Assembly: GCA_946965045.2 (NCBI GenBank)
Contig: OX337236.1
Location: 2,418,001-2,482,000, forward strand
Direction of reading: 5' to 3'
Source: Epithemia pelagica
Taxonomy: Eukaryota > Protista > Bacillariophyta
Length of the DNA stretch: 64,000 bases
How positions within the stretch are numbered: position 1 is the stretch's first letter; each line of letters opens with the position of its first letter. Positions 45,250 through 59,400 of the stretch are shown here, piece after piece. A program made the position numbers and the translations under genes. Under the pieces are notes generated by a model. It searched no databases and was not told where the DNA came from. It was given only the letters and a program-made list of their open reading frames with translations.

Positions 45250-48200
45250 TCAATCTTCTGTTTCCTCCGGAACGTTTTGCAGATCTTGGGAGTCTAGAAT
45301 CTTTTGGAGCCATGGTGGTGGATAGTGTTTAATGACGGAGAAGATTGGCTTTCGCGACTCTTCCACTTCAACACCGTTCTCACCTACAATGACCCCACCC
45401 TCGACTTCCGATTTCTTGTACGATTTGTTGTCTGAAATCTGTCCCTTGCCCCTCGTATTGGAATTCATCCTCTCCGTTCTTCTCATCCCTTCGTACGGAA
45501 CATCAAACAAAAGATTGTAATAGTCATATGATTTTGCTGAATCTGTCCAACCAACAAGCTCTTGGTAGATATCATCAATGTCACATGCCAGGAAAGGAAA
45601 AGGAAACGACGGTAACTTAATCTGCGGAACGTACGCAAAAATCTCAGGATTGCAACTAAAGTCAATTCGTTGAACTTTCCCGCTTGGCTGATAGTTCTGC
45701 CGGAAGAATGCTATGAAAGCATCAAAGATACTAGAACCAAACAATATGACGAAGAATGCAACAAAAACACCCAATGACGTCCAACCATAAACGTTGGTAA
45801 GCGTCTCCTGCGATGGCGTCATCCATTTTTCGCTCTCGGGTTGGAGGCGCTCTGTAGGAGGAAAAGATAGCCCTGACGCTGCTCTCCAGCTTTGTTGACA
45901 AAAAACAACCTCTTCACTCTGAGTCACTGTCACATTCCTAAATGTCCCATCGAGAAGTTCGACATTTTGATAATCCCGTGCAAAATCAGTGCTTCCAGGT
46001 TCATCCGGGTTGCCTGTGCTCAAGTTGAATGAGAGAACGGTACGCAAAACCCCGAACATGTTGAATAGACAGCACTTACAGATATTGTCGTAAGGGAACT
46101 GCGCCCAGGCATAAGCGCTTACTAGAATAAAAGCGAGAAGTGCTCCATAAAAGAAGTAACGTCTGCTGAACTTTGCAAGTTGAGGACCGATGGTCGGGGT
46201 CCATCCCCAGATTCTCATCAAGCAGTACTTGTCCACCTGGAAACGACATAGTGAGGGTCCAAGGAATGCACACGAAAAGGTTTCCAGGTAAACCGATGAC
46301 TTACATAGTGCTGTGTGAGGAGAATTGCAAATCCAAAAATAAATGCTGACGGGAAAAGAGCTGCGTAAAAGAAGCAAAGGAACAGGACTTTTGAGAAGTC
46401 CGTATATCTCTCCCCCAGGTTATAAAACGTTCCCTGAAAATTTGAATTCATTTGCTCTTGCGTTCGAGATCGAGGCGCCAAAATGTGCTTTTTCACGTTT
46501 CCGAAAAGATCGACCAACCGCAGAGCTGGAGTAATGAACAGCTCAGACCAGAAGATAGCAGCGATACCCGGCAACAAGTCCGTATCAGCATCAGTTAACG
46601 TCCCTGGAACGACACCAAACGCAAGTCAGGTTTCTTTCCTCTAACAATCCAGATGAAGAAAGAGCAACTTACTCGTGAACGGAGTAATGAATTTCTATCC
46701 ATCGGCAAACAGAAACTGGTAAGAAAAGAGGACTGGAAAAGTACAATCGACAATTGCCGTACGGGGCATACCGTTAAAATAGCTGTGTTGATCCAACGAA
46801 AGAGAGTAATTTTGATATACAACGAAGTTTGAAAGGATCCCTCGCTCAGATGCGGCTCAAAAATCATGAGAAGCTTGACGATCTGGGGAATAATTGAGTT
46901 GAATATGGACACGAGAGGACCAGACATACTTGGTCCAACGGCTGATCTTGCTGCACCCACGCATATTCCGGCGATTGTGACGATGCCCAAAGTGATGCAA
47001 ACGTTCAAGGTTCTCATCAGAATGCGTCTCTCTGTTGTCGACGAAAGGTCCAACCATCGAATTGCACTTGGTTCCACAGGTTCTTCGACATGAAGAACTC
47101 TTCCTTCAAAGACGGCACCAGGTACAACGGAATGGGTGTTGTTCGTAATGGCGTTAATTTTCCCTACTGCCAATGTTGAGAGGGCAGCACGTTGTCCTTC
47201 TTCAGTTTCGAATGTGACATACACACTTGTTACGTCATAGTTGAGTTTTTGGAGCTCCTTAATTTCCGAAGTCAGTTTAACGATTTTGTCAAACAAGGCT
47301 TGAGGCGGTAGAAACATGTTGAATATGTGAAAAATCGGCAGTACGCACGTCCCGATGATATAGTGCAAACAGCCTTTGGATTCACTTTCTTTTTCCCTCT
47401 CTAGCTGTGCGATGAGATTCAGCACTAAATCTTCGTCATCCATATCCGAACCAGGAGGCAGAATCAAACGGAGATTGTTGCGATGTATGCGTCTGGCAAT
47501 GAGCTTTCGTAACATGGTTTCATTGTTGATGGCCACCGTAACACATGTCACTTGGTTTTCCGCGTATCTTTCAAAATAGTCTCTCCACTTATCAGGATCG
47601 AAAGCATCGGGTGGTGGATTGCGCACTACGACTGAGTAGTCTGTTGCCGTCAATCTAAGAGATAATGGCAAAAAATACGGTCAATTGGACATTGGTCACC
47701 CGTTGGTTATCATCAATCCGTGAACCATACTTACTTATCTTCATCGGCACGCACTTCTCGGATATTCAGATATAAATTCAGCAATGTAATAGTGAGTAAG
47801 AGCAAGAAAAAGGTGGCATAATTTACCATACCAACAGGGAGAAGCTCGTTGCCACAAGCGTTTCTTTCCACTAGGATAACACCATCTTCAGAAACTCCAA
47901 AGCGGGCCTTTTCTTCATCGGTTTCATCAAAATCAGAAGCCACGCACGTGGGACATGCAACCCATTCAAAGGTTGTCTGAGAAAGCAGCGTGAAATGAAA
48001 AGTGAGTGAGCTACACAGACTCATTTGACGCCAATCTCACAGTTTCACTCACACAGACTGCTGAGCCTTGCAAAACTGCACGAAGCCCATCTTGCTTGTC
48101 GTCCGTGTAGTCTGAGGAAGCAAAGTATGGCATGTTGAACCAGTTCATGAGACCGGCAATGAGAAACATGAAGGCGACACTCTTCAAACTGGTAAAGTAC

Positions 48201-48716
48201 GAATCAATGGCAATTCCCCACTCTGCAAGAGAAGCAGCAGCGGTCGTAAATGGATTATAAAGGCGGGTTTCTTCTTTAAACTCTCCCCGTTCTGCTTTAC
48301 GTTGGACGGTATCTGCTTCCTGAGCCCCAGAAAAGTAACGAGGAAGTGTCACATGTTCATAAAACGCATAGGCTGTCGTCGCATCCAAGACGAAAAAGCA
48401 AACAAAAGGGTCAACAATACGCATTCCAACAAACTGAAATCGGTCCTTGTGTGTCGATGTGATTACCTTTTGACAGGTCAGGGCCATTGTTCTTATCACG
48501 CATGGGAAAATACCACGTCCATTTCGACAAGTAATTCTCGACGATTCGTCGGGTCCAGGTCTTGTCGCGGTTGTTGTCTTTCTCCACGAAATCGGCGATG
48601 GTCATGTCGACTTCGTCATCCGTCATTTGAAAGCCTTCACCATAACGAGACAGCTGAGACCGTGAGGACAAGCCTCCATGGCGTTGAGACGCACTTCTGG
48701 AATCGACCAGGGGCAT
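45250..48716 (-). CDS. OSCA/TMEM63(CSC1)-like multi-pass membrane protein, 8 exons, 978 aa
   Basis: Exons 48467-48716, 48053-48372, 47735-47976, 46772-47654, 46673-46694, 46305-46603, 46080-46236, 45250-46013 splice in frame (2937 nt). Motifs TATDYSVVVRNPP, EPVEPSAIRWLDL, LGERYT...FFYAALFP...Y|VDKYCLMR. Confidence 0.78.
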
Positions 48717-49133
48717 GGTCGACTGTAGTTTGGCACCAACAACTTTCAGCAATAGCAACGCTGTTCGGCCTTCACTCTGAATCCTGAAGAGGGGTGAACA
48801 CCAGCAGTCAAAGACGGTTTCAACTAGTTAATCTGCACAGGGTTATCTTCCATCAACCAAGACAGAAGCGGTGTCGTCTTGTTGAATAGACGAGGAAGTT
48901 GGCGATGCGGAACAAGGCGACAACGGACGGTTCGAAATTCGAAACCCCACACCGATGATACAACATGATACACGCAATGACAATGACGGCTGGCGCGTTC
49001 AACGGAATGCAGAGCACTACACTATCTACAAGTAAAAAAAAAGTAATAGTCTATTTTAACGCTGCCGTGCGGAATAAGTCGACCGACGCGCCCGGCCCCA
49101 TAAGGGCGAGGACTAACAAGATAGTGAATTTAG

Positions 49134-52100
49134 CTAACCATTGGAATGTGGAAGAGTAGTGGAACGGAGAATGACTGGTGCCCAGGTGGCAAGCCAAGCC
49201 TGGAGAGAGGATGAAGTTGTATGAAGTTGGAAATGTTCGTCTGGAGTAGAGTAGAAGACTTGTTGAATCTCAGTGGGGACAGATAAGCGATGAGCATACA
49301 GACAACAAATTTCTCGTTGAGCAAGTACACAGGCAGCAGCTTCTCGAGTGGCAGAATCACGGCCGTGAACATCTTCATTTCGTCGTAGCCAAAGAGAGAA
49401 CGTGTGGGAGAATATAAGTTTGATGGTGCCGGTGACAAAGACCCGGCCAGATATAAAGGAGGAAGAGATCCCGAGGGAGGAGAGATGAAGATCCTGCAAG
49501 GAGGACCAAGTAAGAGCAAACCGTCCAAGAAAAAGCTGGTCCCAGCCAATTAGAGTCTGCTGAGCCACAAGACGGGCCAGGGGTGGTGTCAAGTTATCAA
49601 AGGAAATTGGTGTAGAGTCAAGCCACGAACGAACAGCAGTAGTGAGCAAGTCAATCAACGAAGCATCAACCGACTGTTCCTGCCAGAATGTGTTAAGGTC
49701 GTCGAATAAAGGGCCAATCCACGAACGACGTGAAGGGCATCGGAGAAAATGGTCGCGGTCTTCGCAGATATTGGCATTACAAGATGCACAGGTCTCAACG
49801 TAGTGGTCTGCGTAGCGGGAGATCAGGTCGCCAAGTGGGAGCCAGTTATGGAGATACTTAGACAAAAAGTGGCGTCGCGTATAATTGGCACGTACAGCGC
49901 TGCAATGAGACGTCCAATCAACCAGTTGCCAAGTCTCATGATTCCACCCCTGCTTGCGGCAGATGTGCTCTTGAATTAAGGGTTCATTGTGGCAGCGACG
50001 AAGCACCGCTCGATAATTCGCTGTGATTGTACCTTTCGGACCGTGTAGCAAGGCCACAGTACCTTCGACGAGTGGAACCTTGGTAGGATTAAGAGACGGT
50101 GGAAATGTGTACTGAGAGGCAAGCTCATCCGCTTCGACATTCAATTGTGCAGGAAGAGAGAGTTCATCGAAGGCATGATATCGATCCTGATGTCCTTTCA
50201 CGTGACAGCAATGTGGTATGTCTGAAAATCGACGTATGGTAGAGGTAATCGCTTGATGCAAATCCCAATCCGGACTCATTGTTGTATACGGATAATCGAC
50301 AGTCCATTCTAACCGTTGTTGTATTGTGTCCAGCATACTTTTGGAGTCGGAATAGAAAACCAAGTTGGAGGGTAGTGGACACCCGAAGAATTCGCATAAA
50401 CGAAAGACCAGGCGAAGCCATGCAAGAAAGGCATAACTTTCGGCTCTGTAAGAAGTGGTACGATAGCCTGGTGCAGGCCCCTTCAGATGAATCAGCCGAG
50501 TTCCAGTATCATCAGCGCATGATCCACCAAAAGAACCTGTGAAATCGGCAACAGATCCATCGCCACACAGATGAAGAGGAAAGACATTCGAGGATAGGAG
50601 GGACTCAAATGTATGTCGAAGTGTCTCAATGGGGCATAAAAATTTTGTACCGCAAAGCAAATCGTGTTCCCATGGTTCAAGCGTCGAAACCAATTGTGCA
50701 AACGCGGTTGGTGAGGGACAGGGAGGATCGGGAGGGACTGCCCCGGCCAGTCGAGCCAAAATGTGGACATTGTTGCGTTGCATCGTAAAAGCTGGGAGAG
50801 CGCACGAGGGAAGAATAGTGTACTCTTGAGTAGTGGCAACGAAACCGCGATTGTCCAAGGTCGGAACATGAACACGGAACCGTGTAGTTGAGGGAGACCG
50901 CACAAGGAGTAAACGCTGATCCTGCGATAAGTACGTATTCCATTCTCGGTGTAATGACGCGCCTGTGACGTGCCATTTACCCAATGGTACTTGAAGATCG
51001 CATGCAGTGCCTTGCCGAATAAATGTACGTAGAAACTTTTTCCAGAGCAGCCAGGCCTTGTTTCCAGGACGCTGTTGATAGGGAAAGAGAAGTTTAGGCT
51101 GACTTTGTATAGAGTGATAACCTTGAAGCGCAAATTGACAGATTTGGCGTCCTTCTGGTGTCACCATGTCGCTGAGCAAAGTAATCCCAAGGTACAGTCG
51201 ACAAGCATTGATAAGTTGCAAGTCCGTAGGTCGCTGGAACACCTGGATTGCATGGTCCATGACAAACATATCCGAATCCCGTTGAAGTTTAGGAACAAAG
51301 GAGCTATGGACTTCTATAGTGCACCCCAACTGGTGCAGTGATTCTCGCAGCGGTGGAATCCACACCATCGGATCAAGATGAGGAATAACAGTCGATGTAT
51401 CCATAAGAATCGGTATACTTGTTCCAGCTAACATCTGGCCCCATCCCAACATAATCGTGGCCAGCTGAGAGGCAACGCCATTGGAACGTAGACATGCCAA
51501 TAATCCATATATCTGTGCAATACCCCGTTCAATGGACAAAGTACGGAGTCCGAGACCACCAAAATCCGAATTCCCAAAAACCACAGCGTTTGGAGTATGA
51601 CGGTTATACCCATATTTCGGTAGGAAGACCTTTTTGAGCTCTTTCTGCAGTTGGTCACAGTGTTCGACCGACAGTGATGAAGAAGGAAACACGTAAGTCA
51701 TGCTGGGCAGATAGATGGCATGATAGTATGCCCAGACGTCAGTCCGGGAGAGCGGACTACTAGCGACAACTCGAGCATGCTCTTGATTTTTCTTTCTCAA
51801 TGCCTGGAATTGTGAATTATCCGTAGACGACGGTGCCTTGTGAACACCCAACGTTTTATGACTGTCATACGCGGAAAGTTGTCGAATAGAACTGACAGTC
51901 GTTGCATTGGAAGTGATAGTAATAGTAGGACCGAATCGACCACTCTTGAGAAATGGAAGGCCGTCAATGGTGAAATCGTAATAAAGAAAATGATAAGAGC
52001 ATTTGCGCTGATTGAGAGATCCACCTGATAAGGAAAGGAGATCGTTCCACCGCTGAGCATCTTCTGTTGCTAGTTGAGTATAGTGTTCTGGAGGAGCCGC

Positions 52101-53437
52101 GGCTGGAAGGAGGAAGTCATTCACACTCCCGCTGGTGTCATCAACAAAGCCAATCATCAGAACTTGAGCCATGGTCTTGCGATCAGGGGAATAAAACGTA
52201 GCCCCATGTGCCTTCTCGTCGTACGTTTCGAAGAGAATAGAACTAACGACGCACCAGATTGCTGGGGAGTTCCCAGCGCCTTGTCCTGATCCGTATATCG
52301 GGTAGATTGTGCAGTGTTTGTAAAAACGATCCGAAACGCCCAATTGCGTTTTAAGACAATACCGTGCTTCTTCTAACGTTTTGGCGTTAATGAAGACCAC
52401 TGACCGATGTTGCCCGAAGCTCCGTGATGCTAAGCCGCCAAAAGACATGATGATTCTATCATAACATGCCGTTGCGTCGTAATCAAGGTGTATCATAGGC
52501 CTCTTGCTCGCGCGACTGATCTCATACTGAAACTCTTCTATGAGTGTGGGCAGAACTGCGTCACAACCAGGAACTGCACCAAATTGAGAAGCATGTAGTA
52601 GTTGATGTTTCGCTCCGTGTTGAATGAGCTTTCTCCATTTAACCGCCAAGAGCAGATTGTAGTCTTGCTCATAGAGATGTATTACTCTCAGTCGGTGTAT
52701 CTTGATGTTGGCCGGTTCTTTTAAAATCATGACATTCACTATCTTCTGCCATCTTTCCAGAGAATACTGATGCTTGATAGCACCGTTGAGTAATTTGACT
52801 TGCCACTCGATTAGGTCGTTGCGCTTCCGTTCAAGTTCTTGTGCCTCCTCTGTTTCAGGATCAAGGTCGTGTGCTGCAAGAAGTGCCTTGCTATGAGTGA
52901 GATGAAAACTGCTCGGTGATGTCGTTGTAGTTTCTGGCCATGCTTGTATCTTTCCACACCATTCCTCTATAGAAATCGTATCCTTGATCATATCGGCAGT
53001 AAGCATTGCTGTAGATCATCGAGTTCATTTGACTCCCATTGTCCCTCGAGAATCAGCTCAGCGGTATGGGAAGAGGCTCCCCAGTCCACCCACTCGGAGA
53101 AAGGTTGTTGTGTCGGAAACGTTCCATGAGCTTGGCCAAAATGCTTTTGGTTTCTTTGTAGCAACCGGCTTTCAATTTCTGCCGGGGTATCAATGGTTAT
53201 CCATTCGGTGCATCGTTCATAATCCATGTTTGTGGCATCAGCAGGTACTTCCAGCCTTGTAATTCCCGTCTTTTGAGTACCACGGTACTGTCTAATCTTG
53301 TTAAACATTGCCTTTGTTCGTTCGGCAGCTAGTCTATGTTTGATAGCCTTGACAGTACGCTTGTCACCTTGTGCTTGCGCAGTTTCTAATGCTGTCTGTT
53401 GTTCCTTACGCCGTTTCGTAGCGGCTTCTCTTGTCAT
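49134..53437 (-). mobile_element. 5'-truncated non-LTR retrotransposon with RT + RNase H (Ambal-like), frameshifted
   Basis: RT: KIHRLRVIHLYEQD, DYDATACYDRI, GSGQGAGNSP, GFVDD. RNase H: CGDGS...YRAES...YSDS...HVKGHQD...NVEADELA. CCHC: CASC...DHFLRC. Frameshift near 52990-53006; no endonuclease upstream; TSD and tail not identified. Confidence 0.85.
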
Positions 53438-53499
53438 GTCTTGGATTTTCTTCGTCTAAGGAGGTTTTTTGAAGATAAGTGACTGGAATTCCACCAACA

Positions 53500-53680
53500 G
53501 GCGCGTGACACACACCCAATAGGCGCGTGCAGCACCCCCAGAACACGGATCACGCGCATTTGGCGCGTACGAAGCGCGTGGCGCTCCAGATTGCGCGTGA
53601 ATGCGCGTGAAACGTGTAGACAACGCGTGAAACGTGTTGACACCCGCGTGAGCATGTTTATTGTATGTGGAAACGCGTGC
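53500..53680. repeat. Cluster of about 10 CGCGT(G/A) motifs
   Basis: GCGCGTG/ACGCGTG repeated irregularly every 10-30 bp, mostly in one orientation with one inverted copy (TCACGCGC near 53550). Confidence 0.7.
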
Positions 53681-53984
53681 ACAGAGCCTAACCTTTGCCT
53701 AGATACCTAACTACTAGCTACACATATAACACCTAGTATTCCAGTCGCACGTAAACTCCAAAAGCGACCCACAAATTTCTCCTCCACCACCAAATCACGT
53801 CACAGTGACATACGAAGAACAATGGACACAAAATCACAGAAGAACGCTGAAAATTAGATTTTCCTCACACAACAACCACACAAAAGATATACTCTCCCAC
53901 TTTTGTGATCACTTTTTGACGATAGAGTCATAGAGTGCCTCATCCAACTCACACCAACCCCCAACGCCCCAAAAAACACACAGC

Positions 53985-54047
53985 AGCAGCAACAACAACA
54001 ACAACAACAACACAACAGCAACAACAACAACAACAGCTACAACAAAC
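53985..54047 (+). repeat. (CAA)n microsatellite
   Basis: Imperfect CAA/CAG run. Confidence 0.8.
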
Positions 54048-54297
54048 AGGCGAACACAAAGAGAATCATTTCCTTTTTCAAATTGGAAAGGTGCTAGGTA
54101 AGCCAAGTCGACAAGACAACAGTGAGAGTTCGTTTTGTCGTTTTCCTATATGCCCACTAATCATTTTCTTCTGTTTCCATGAAAACCCAACCATGTGATC
54201 GCTGTTTGGCAACTATTTCTTCCCTCCTATCATCCCACAAGACAATTTTCAACGCTCTGAACGACTGGATTGGTGGTTCTGTTTGAAAAAGGGCGAA

Positions 54298-56285
54298 GAC
54301 ACCAAGTTGGTGCACCCATTTCATTCTCCCATCAATTTCCATCGACCAAAACTGGTTGGATTGCTGGATTGCCGCTGCTTCTTCCCTCCTATTATCCCAG
54401 AAGACCATTTTCAACGATCTGAACGGTCGGATTGGTGAGGATTCTATTGAACAAAGGGCAAAAGACACCAAGTTGGTGCACCCTATTCCTTCACCCCTCC
54501 ATCTCCATCGACCAAGACCCTGTTGGATTGCTGTGTTGCTACCCCTTCTCAATTGGAACAAGGGCCGAGACACCAAGTTGGTGCACCCATTTCCTTCACC
54601 CCTCCATTTCCATCGACCAAGACCCTGTTGGATTGCTGTGTTGCTACTCCTTCTCGATTGGAACAAGGGCCGAGACACCAAGTTGGTGCACCCATTTCCT
54701 TCACCCCTCCATTTCCATCAACCAAGACCCTGTTGGATTGCTGTGTTGCTACTCCTTCCCGATTGGAACAAGGGCTGAGACACCAAGTTGGTGCACCCTC
54801 TTCCTTCACCCCTCCATCTCCATCGACCAAGACCCTGTTGGATTGCTGTGTTGCTACTCCTTCTCGATTGGAACAAGGGCCGAGACACCAAGTTGGTGCA
54901 CCCATTTCCTTCACCCCTCCATTTCCATCAACCAAGACCCTGTTGGATTGCTGTGTTGCTACTCCTTCCCGATTGGAACAAGGGCTGAGACACCAAGTTG
55001 GTGCACCCATTTCCTTCACCCCTCCATTTCCATCGACCAAGACCCCGTTGGATTGCTGTGTTGCTACTCCTTCTTGATTGGAACAAGGGCCTAGACACCA
55101 AGTTGGTGCACCCATTGCCTTCACCCCTCTATTTCCATCGACCAAGACCGTGTTGGATTGCTGTGTTGCTACTCCTTCCCGATTGGAACAAGGGCCAAGA
55201 CACCAAGTTGGTGCACCCATTTCCTTCACCCCTCCATCTCCATCGACCAAGACCGTGTTGGATTGCCGTGTTGCTACTCCTTCCCGATTGGAACAAGGGC
55301 CAAGACACCAAGTTGGTGCACCCATTTCCTTCACCCCTCCATTTCCATCAACCAAGACCCTGTTGGATTGCTGTGTTGCTACTCCTTCCCGATTGGAACA
55401 AGGGCTGAGACACCAAGTTGGTGCACACATTTCCTTCACCCCTCCATTTCCATCGACCAAGACCCTGTTGGATTGCTGTGTTGCTACTCCTTCTCAATTG
55501 GAACAAGGGCCGAGACACCAAGTTGGTGCACCCATTTCCTTCACCCCTCCATTTCCATCGACCAAGACCGTGTTGGATTGCTGTGTTGCTACTCCTTCCT
55601 GATTGGAACAAGGGCTGAGACACCAAGTTGGTGCACCCATTTCCTTCACCCCTCCATCTCCATCGACCAAGACCGTGTTGGATTGCCGTGTTGCTACTCC
55701 TTCTCAATTGGAACAAGGGCTGAGACACCAAGTTGGTGCACCCATTTCCTTCACCCCTCCATCTCCATCGACCAAGACCGTGTTGGATTGCTGTGTTGCT
55801 ACTCCTTCCCGATTGGAACAAGGGCCGAGACACCAAGTTGGTGCACCCATTTCCTTCACCCCTCCATCTCCATCAACCAAGACCCTGTTGGATTGCTGTG
55901 TTGCTACTCCTTCCCGATTGGAACAAGGGCTGAGACACCAAGTTGGTGCACCCAATTTTCACTCCTCCATCTCCACCGACCAAGACCTTGTTGGATTGCT
56001 GTGTTGCTACTCCTTCCCGATTGGAACAAGGGCCGAGACACCAAGTTGGTGCACCCATCTCCATCCCTCCTTCATCTACATCGACCAAGAAGACCCCATT
56101 GGATTGCTATATCTTGATTGGTGGTTCTGTTGAAGGGCCGAGACACCAAGTTGGTGCGCCCCCATACTTCCCTCTTCTATCTCTATCGACCAAGACCCTA
56201 TTGGATTGTTGTATTTGCTACTGATTCTTGACTGGAAGGACCGAGACATCAAGTTGGTACACCCATATCCCTCACTCCTCCATCC
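54298..56285. repeat. Tandem array, 105-bp unit, about 19 copies
   Basis: GACACCAAGTTGGTGCA recurs at exact 105-bp spacing 15 times (54464 to 55934), with diverged copies at 54298, 56037, 56142 and 56245. Each unit carries the palindrome CACCAA-G-TTGGTG. Confidence 0.95.
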
Positions 56286-56418
56286 CTATCGACCAAGACC
56301 CTCCAGGGTTTCCATCACGCAAGCTTGAGAAACGGTAGTATCAAGTTGCATCAGAACCCTGCATCGAAAGAAAATTTCTCCTTGTTTCTTCCCCAAGCTG
56401 ATTGAATCGCACGTTAAT

Positions 56419-59400
56419 ATGGCTGATTCGGTAGAAGATTCCGATCGATATTTCCCAGACTTGATATGTTATGAATATACAATCGAGTGGTATCGTTCTG
56501 TTTATTCCAACACTGATAATTGGACAGATTTCTCCACTACATATGGAGGTGAAACCATATTCGTATCCCTCTTGCGCTGTGGATCAAGTATTTTCAGTGA
56601 TATCGCCTCGCATGCTGCTGTTTGTTTCCCGAAGATACTGAGACTTGTAGAGACGATCGAAGAACAACAAGAGGGAAACAAGAGTGACGGAGCTGGTAGT
56701 TTTATTTCACCAGGAATCGACCTATTCGAACAAACTCTATATGGAGACGCACTTCGTCTGTGGGACAAGGAATTCCCGTCAACGACAAGATCAAAGTCGA
56801 GCGCAAGCTTTACTCGATCCCTCAAGGTGTTTCTTGGAGCCCATCCTATGCTCGCTGATATTGTCCTCAACTCGTATTCGATGGAGAGACGGCTTAATGT
56901 CGTGGCTGCAAAAATATTGGACTACATGACGTCTGATAGATCAAAGTTTCGGAAAGACAGAACAATACCAGTCCGAGAAATGGTTTGGAGCGTTCAACAT
57001 ATGGCAGCTGTCTATCGGGTATTGGAATCTGACTCCTATGAAATGGAAGGAGTCGATGTTGAAAAAGCATTAGCCCTTACACTTCCTGATTGCTGGTTTC
57101 GTCCTTATTTTGACATACCAAGAGCTGCTAAGTATCCCGCGAACGACTATTCCAATTTGGCGGTTCTAATTTCATATTACCAGACGATGGAACGGGAATA
57201 CGCTACAAAGACGAAGGAGTATCAGAAGGGGCGACATGAACAACGATCTCAAGACAGGAAAAGCCGTAAACGAGCGTCAGACAGTAAATGTGATGGTGCA
57301 ACAAGTTCTACCAATTTCACTGTTTCAAATAACGAGAGCAAATCACCATCTCAGTCTCTGTCAGCGACCGAGGAGGATCGGAGTTCCATTTTTGATACTC
57401 TTGCATTGAAAAAGAAACCACAAAAAGGAAAACAAGCGACGACAAAAAAATCTTCCTCTCAATCAAAGGTGGGTCTGTTGGAAAGTAAATCACATGTTGA
57501 CCACGGTAGCGACAAACCTAAAGGAATACCAAAGAAACCACCTCCTCTCAAGAATAAACCTGGTCCATCAGACGACCTTGCATCTTTCACTAACGACCGT
57601 TTGATTCATATGGCTAACTGGTCCCTCAAACAGTCGATGTCAGCGATCAATGAAGCTTGGGATCTCTGTAAAGAAAGTGCCGTTAGACGTAAGGGAAGCA
57701 TCCATGAAGTTGTTTTGCGATTTGTCTTTACCTGTGCTTGCTGTACCAACAAGAATGGTTCTCTACAACATGACAATGGGAAAATGGACGTCCTTTTTGT
57801 CCCACATCGCCAGTACAGACGAAACCTTTTGCTACGGACGAATACTCAAGAGACGACTAAGTTTAAGGGGATCCCTCCCCTCATATTCAGGTCGATGCTT
57901 GTGCTGGTGGTTCATAAATGGCACAACAAGTCCGTTTGCTTTGAGCAAATCGACGAAGATAGTCTGAGAATGGACACAACGACTGCAATGGATTTGAGTT
58001 CGTCGTCTTCCGATACTACATTGGTCGTCGTCACTACCAAGTATGAAGCTTTTGATCCTGTCTTAATCCTCTTACAAGCACATCAAAGAGAAGTGTTGAT
58101 ATTCGATCCATTATTGACAAGGGATATTCGCTCGTGGAGGCCTACAGTGATTCGATGTCTACGGAAACTAAGGCTATTGGACGACGAAAAGAAAATCCAA
58201 TCATTCTTGAGCGTTGATATAAAGGAAGAGCTCATTGGATGTGACTGGAGATTCATTTATAAGAAGTATCCGAATCCGGTGGCACCAAGTGCGTGTACGC
58301 TTCCCCAAGTATCAATCATATGTGTGATCGACGAGATCCTGTCAAAGGCGTCCCCTAATATGTCCTGTGATCAGATGATGGGGAAATGGGCTCAAGAATT
58401 GCCATCGTGTAGGCGAGAATGTCACAAGGCCTGCAATCATATCGTGAGTACGGCTATCAATAAAGCGAAACGTGATTCGACTCTGCGTGTATGTTTCAAG
58501 GACGTTAATGACGATACACGTCCAAGGATCAAACGCAGTCGCCGGTTTATAATGGAAGGGAAAGATCGAGGGGAGGTAATGGAAGATATGCTGGATTCCG
58601 ACGATGAACGATTCGAGGACATTAAAGTGATACAAGAGATTACAGAAGCGGATAAGGCGCTCGAACGACTTCACGAATATCGGCGATTTTTGGATCTAGT
58701 ACGAACATTGAACGATGAAGATCAGAAAGAGGCACTCTGTTCCACTTGTGGGACCTCATTGCTTAAAAAGGATCTGGATAGAAGTCGGACCTTTTCTATC
58801 GTGAGTTGGACAAGGCAAGAAACCTCCAACTGTCCTCATTATCATTGTCCAACATGTACTTTCATCCGGAATTCGGTGAAGAATCGATTTTGTTCCATAT
58901 GCGGTCATAGTCATGCTGAGCTAATACCACACGATCTACATGAGACAGAATTAATCGCGAAGAAAGACAAGACAATCGTCCTAGACGAATATGATGAAGA
59001 CTCCGAACAATATTGTGCCATATGCCATGGACAGCGTCCTAACGACTGTCGGATCGAGAGATGCGGGCACAAGTTTTGTCGGGTGTGTCTTGGTCATGTC
59101 CTTACCACCGAAAAACAAGTTCCTATGGGGAAACAGAAATCGACACCTCCTGAAATGAACGAAAGTTGCCCTTTGTGCAACGGAGATATTGCTTCAATTA
59201 CGTACACCAATGCACATGATGGTTCAGTTGAAGAAGTTGGCGTGTCAAAAGAGGAACATCGTGGTCTCTACAGACCGGTCCCTGTATTTCCAGAGACAGC
59301 ATGGGGTCGTGTACCGTTGGAAACTCTCCGTTTCATGAGTAAAAAACAACAAAAGGAGAAGAATAGGAGAGACCAAACTGAATCTTCTACTGTCACGACC

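Noticed and set aside
49020-49133. Poly(A) tail and TSD of the LINE
   Set aside because: The A-run at 49034-49042 is on the wrong strand for a minus-strand element, and no matching duplication was found at the 5' break.
54157-56224. Many long repeat-protein ORFs on both strands
   Set aside because: A unit length divisible by 3 produces ORFs in several frames automatically; stops are scattered and no single frame is preferentially kept open.
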